From: Fistulifera solaris
Lineage: Eukaryota
Reading direction: 5' to 3'
Length of the DNA stretch: 64,000 bases
NCBI GenBank assembly: GCA_030295235.1
Contig: AP026169.1
Location: 620,001-684,000, forward strand
The notes beneath the pieces were generated by a model. That model ran no database searches. It had not been told where the DNA came from and saw only the letters and a program-made list of their open reading frames with translations. The position numbers and the translations under genes are program-made. Positions 63,279 through 64,000 of this stretch are shown one piece after another (position 1 is the stretch's first letter; every line of letters starts with the position of its first letter).

Positions 63279-64000
63279 TTAAAGCTCCTCACGCACCGCA
63301 TCGGTCGCTGCTTGTATAGATTCGCATGCTGCGCCCACACACGCTTCGACAACATCCAAGCTATCCATCCCATTTCCCTCTGTAATGTTCAAGGTTGCAT
63401 TCCGCTCCATTTCAAGCATTAAATCCCATTGATCACTATTACCCATAAAGGCATGCATTATGAATCCGATTACCGCAAACGTTTTCAGTAGACTCCAAAC
63501 GTCCTTCATGGATGTCTCGGCGAAACCAGCAACAAGAATATGTCTGCAGAAAATAAATTTCATAAGGCGGTCCAGAAGAAACGTTGCAACCAAATCCATC
63601 GCGAGGATTAGAAGAATGAAATTACGAAAGCCCTCATCTGGGAACGGAACCAACTGGAAATAACGATTCAAACCAGGAACCGATTCCGAGGCAAACATGA
63701 ACGTCAAAACAAAAGTAGCTGTGAGACTCCATAAAAGCGGTCGGTTCTCGGTGACACCTGTCATGAACGGGCGGCCTTGTAAATTCACAAAAATACCGTG
63801 ACTTGCTGAACGCTGCTTACGAGGAATACGACGGTGTTCAAGATGCCGGGTTTGAAAGTCCCATCAAGTTCGGCATCGTAATCAGGTGGCAGGTGCGTCT
63901 TTGCGGTGGAGACCGCAGCGTAAAGAGTGCCAAGGTGAACAGCGAATTGAGCAAGTAGACTACAGAACAGCGCTGGGTGGAAAATCGAAGTCAGCGGGCG
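63279..64000 (-). CDS. P5A-type ATPase (Spf1/ATP13A1-like), 3' end only
   Basis: RPLTSIFHPALFCSLLAQFAVH, FKPGILNTVVF, VNLQGRPFMTGVTENRPL, PGLNRYFQLVPFP; runs off the window. Confidence 0.85.

Noticed and set aside
554..63663. Numerous antisense or alternate-frame ORFs in the track (e.g. 9519-10073, 25662-26234, 44103-44750, 55410-55991)
   Set aside because: They overlap well-supported genes and show no recognisable motifs; shadow ORFs.
2440..63830. Frameshifts in many conserved genes (hslV, CRNKL1, SIT-A, MEI2-like, ABCG, SNARE, kinesin, AKR, eIF3f, phosphate carrier, P5A-ATPase) as programmed frameshifting or mass pseudogenisation
   Set aside because: Where I could localise them they fall in homopolymer runs (e.g. 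SIT-A ggaaaag versus SIT-B ggaaaaag). They hit essential genes without other decay, which is typical of long-read consensus error.

Overview
Gene-dense eukaryotic nuclear DNA with short GT-AG introns, from a diatom. Evidence: two silicon transporter genes, bipartite plastid-targeting presequences and diatom-type DUF6824 and LRR-like families. A raphid pennate, possibly Fistulifera-like, is my inference and is unverified. About 29 protein-coding loci are recognisable: two Lin0512-family paralogues, an alpha-kinase, HslV, a DUF6824 protein, crooked neck, peroxisomal MFP, DapF, NDUFB9, two SITs, MEI2-like, HisHF, ABCG, IST1, a GPCR-like 7TM, SEH1, a P4H, a SYP7-like SNARE, kinesin-7, an AKR, a DUF2009 protein, eIF3f, CCT4, the mitochondrial phosphate carrier, an FBXO9-like protein, a partial P5A-ATPase and several hypotheticals. 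There is also an LRR-like pseudogene and a decayed Helitron-type fragment. Many genes carry 1-bp indels in homopolymer runs, most likely consensus errors in the assembly. The strongest unexplained signal is non-coding: a hyphenated palindrome, (T/C)CAYGACTG-N5-CAGTCWYGA and spacer variants, found about 14 times. All copies I found are intergenic and mostly lie 5' of genes, and some sit in a longer dispersed repeat. A second family of GTAC/TACCWGGTA palindromes also recurs. All calls were made by eye with no database searches.
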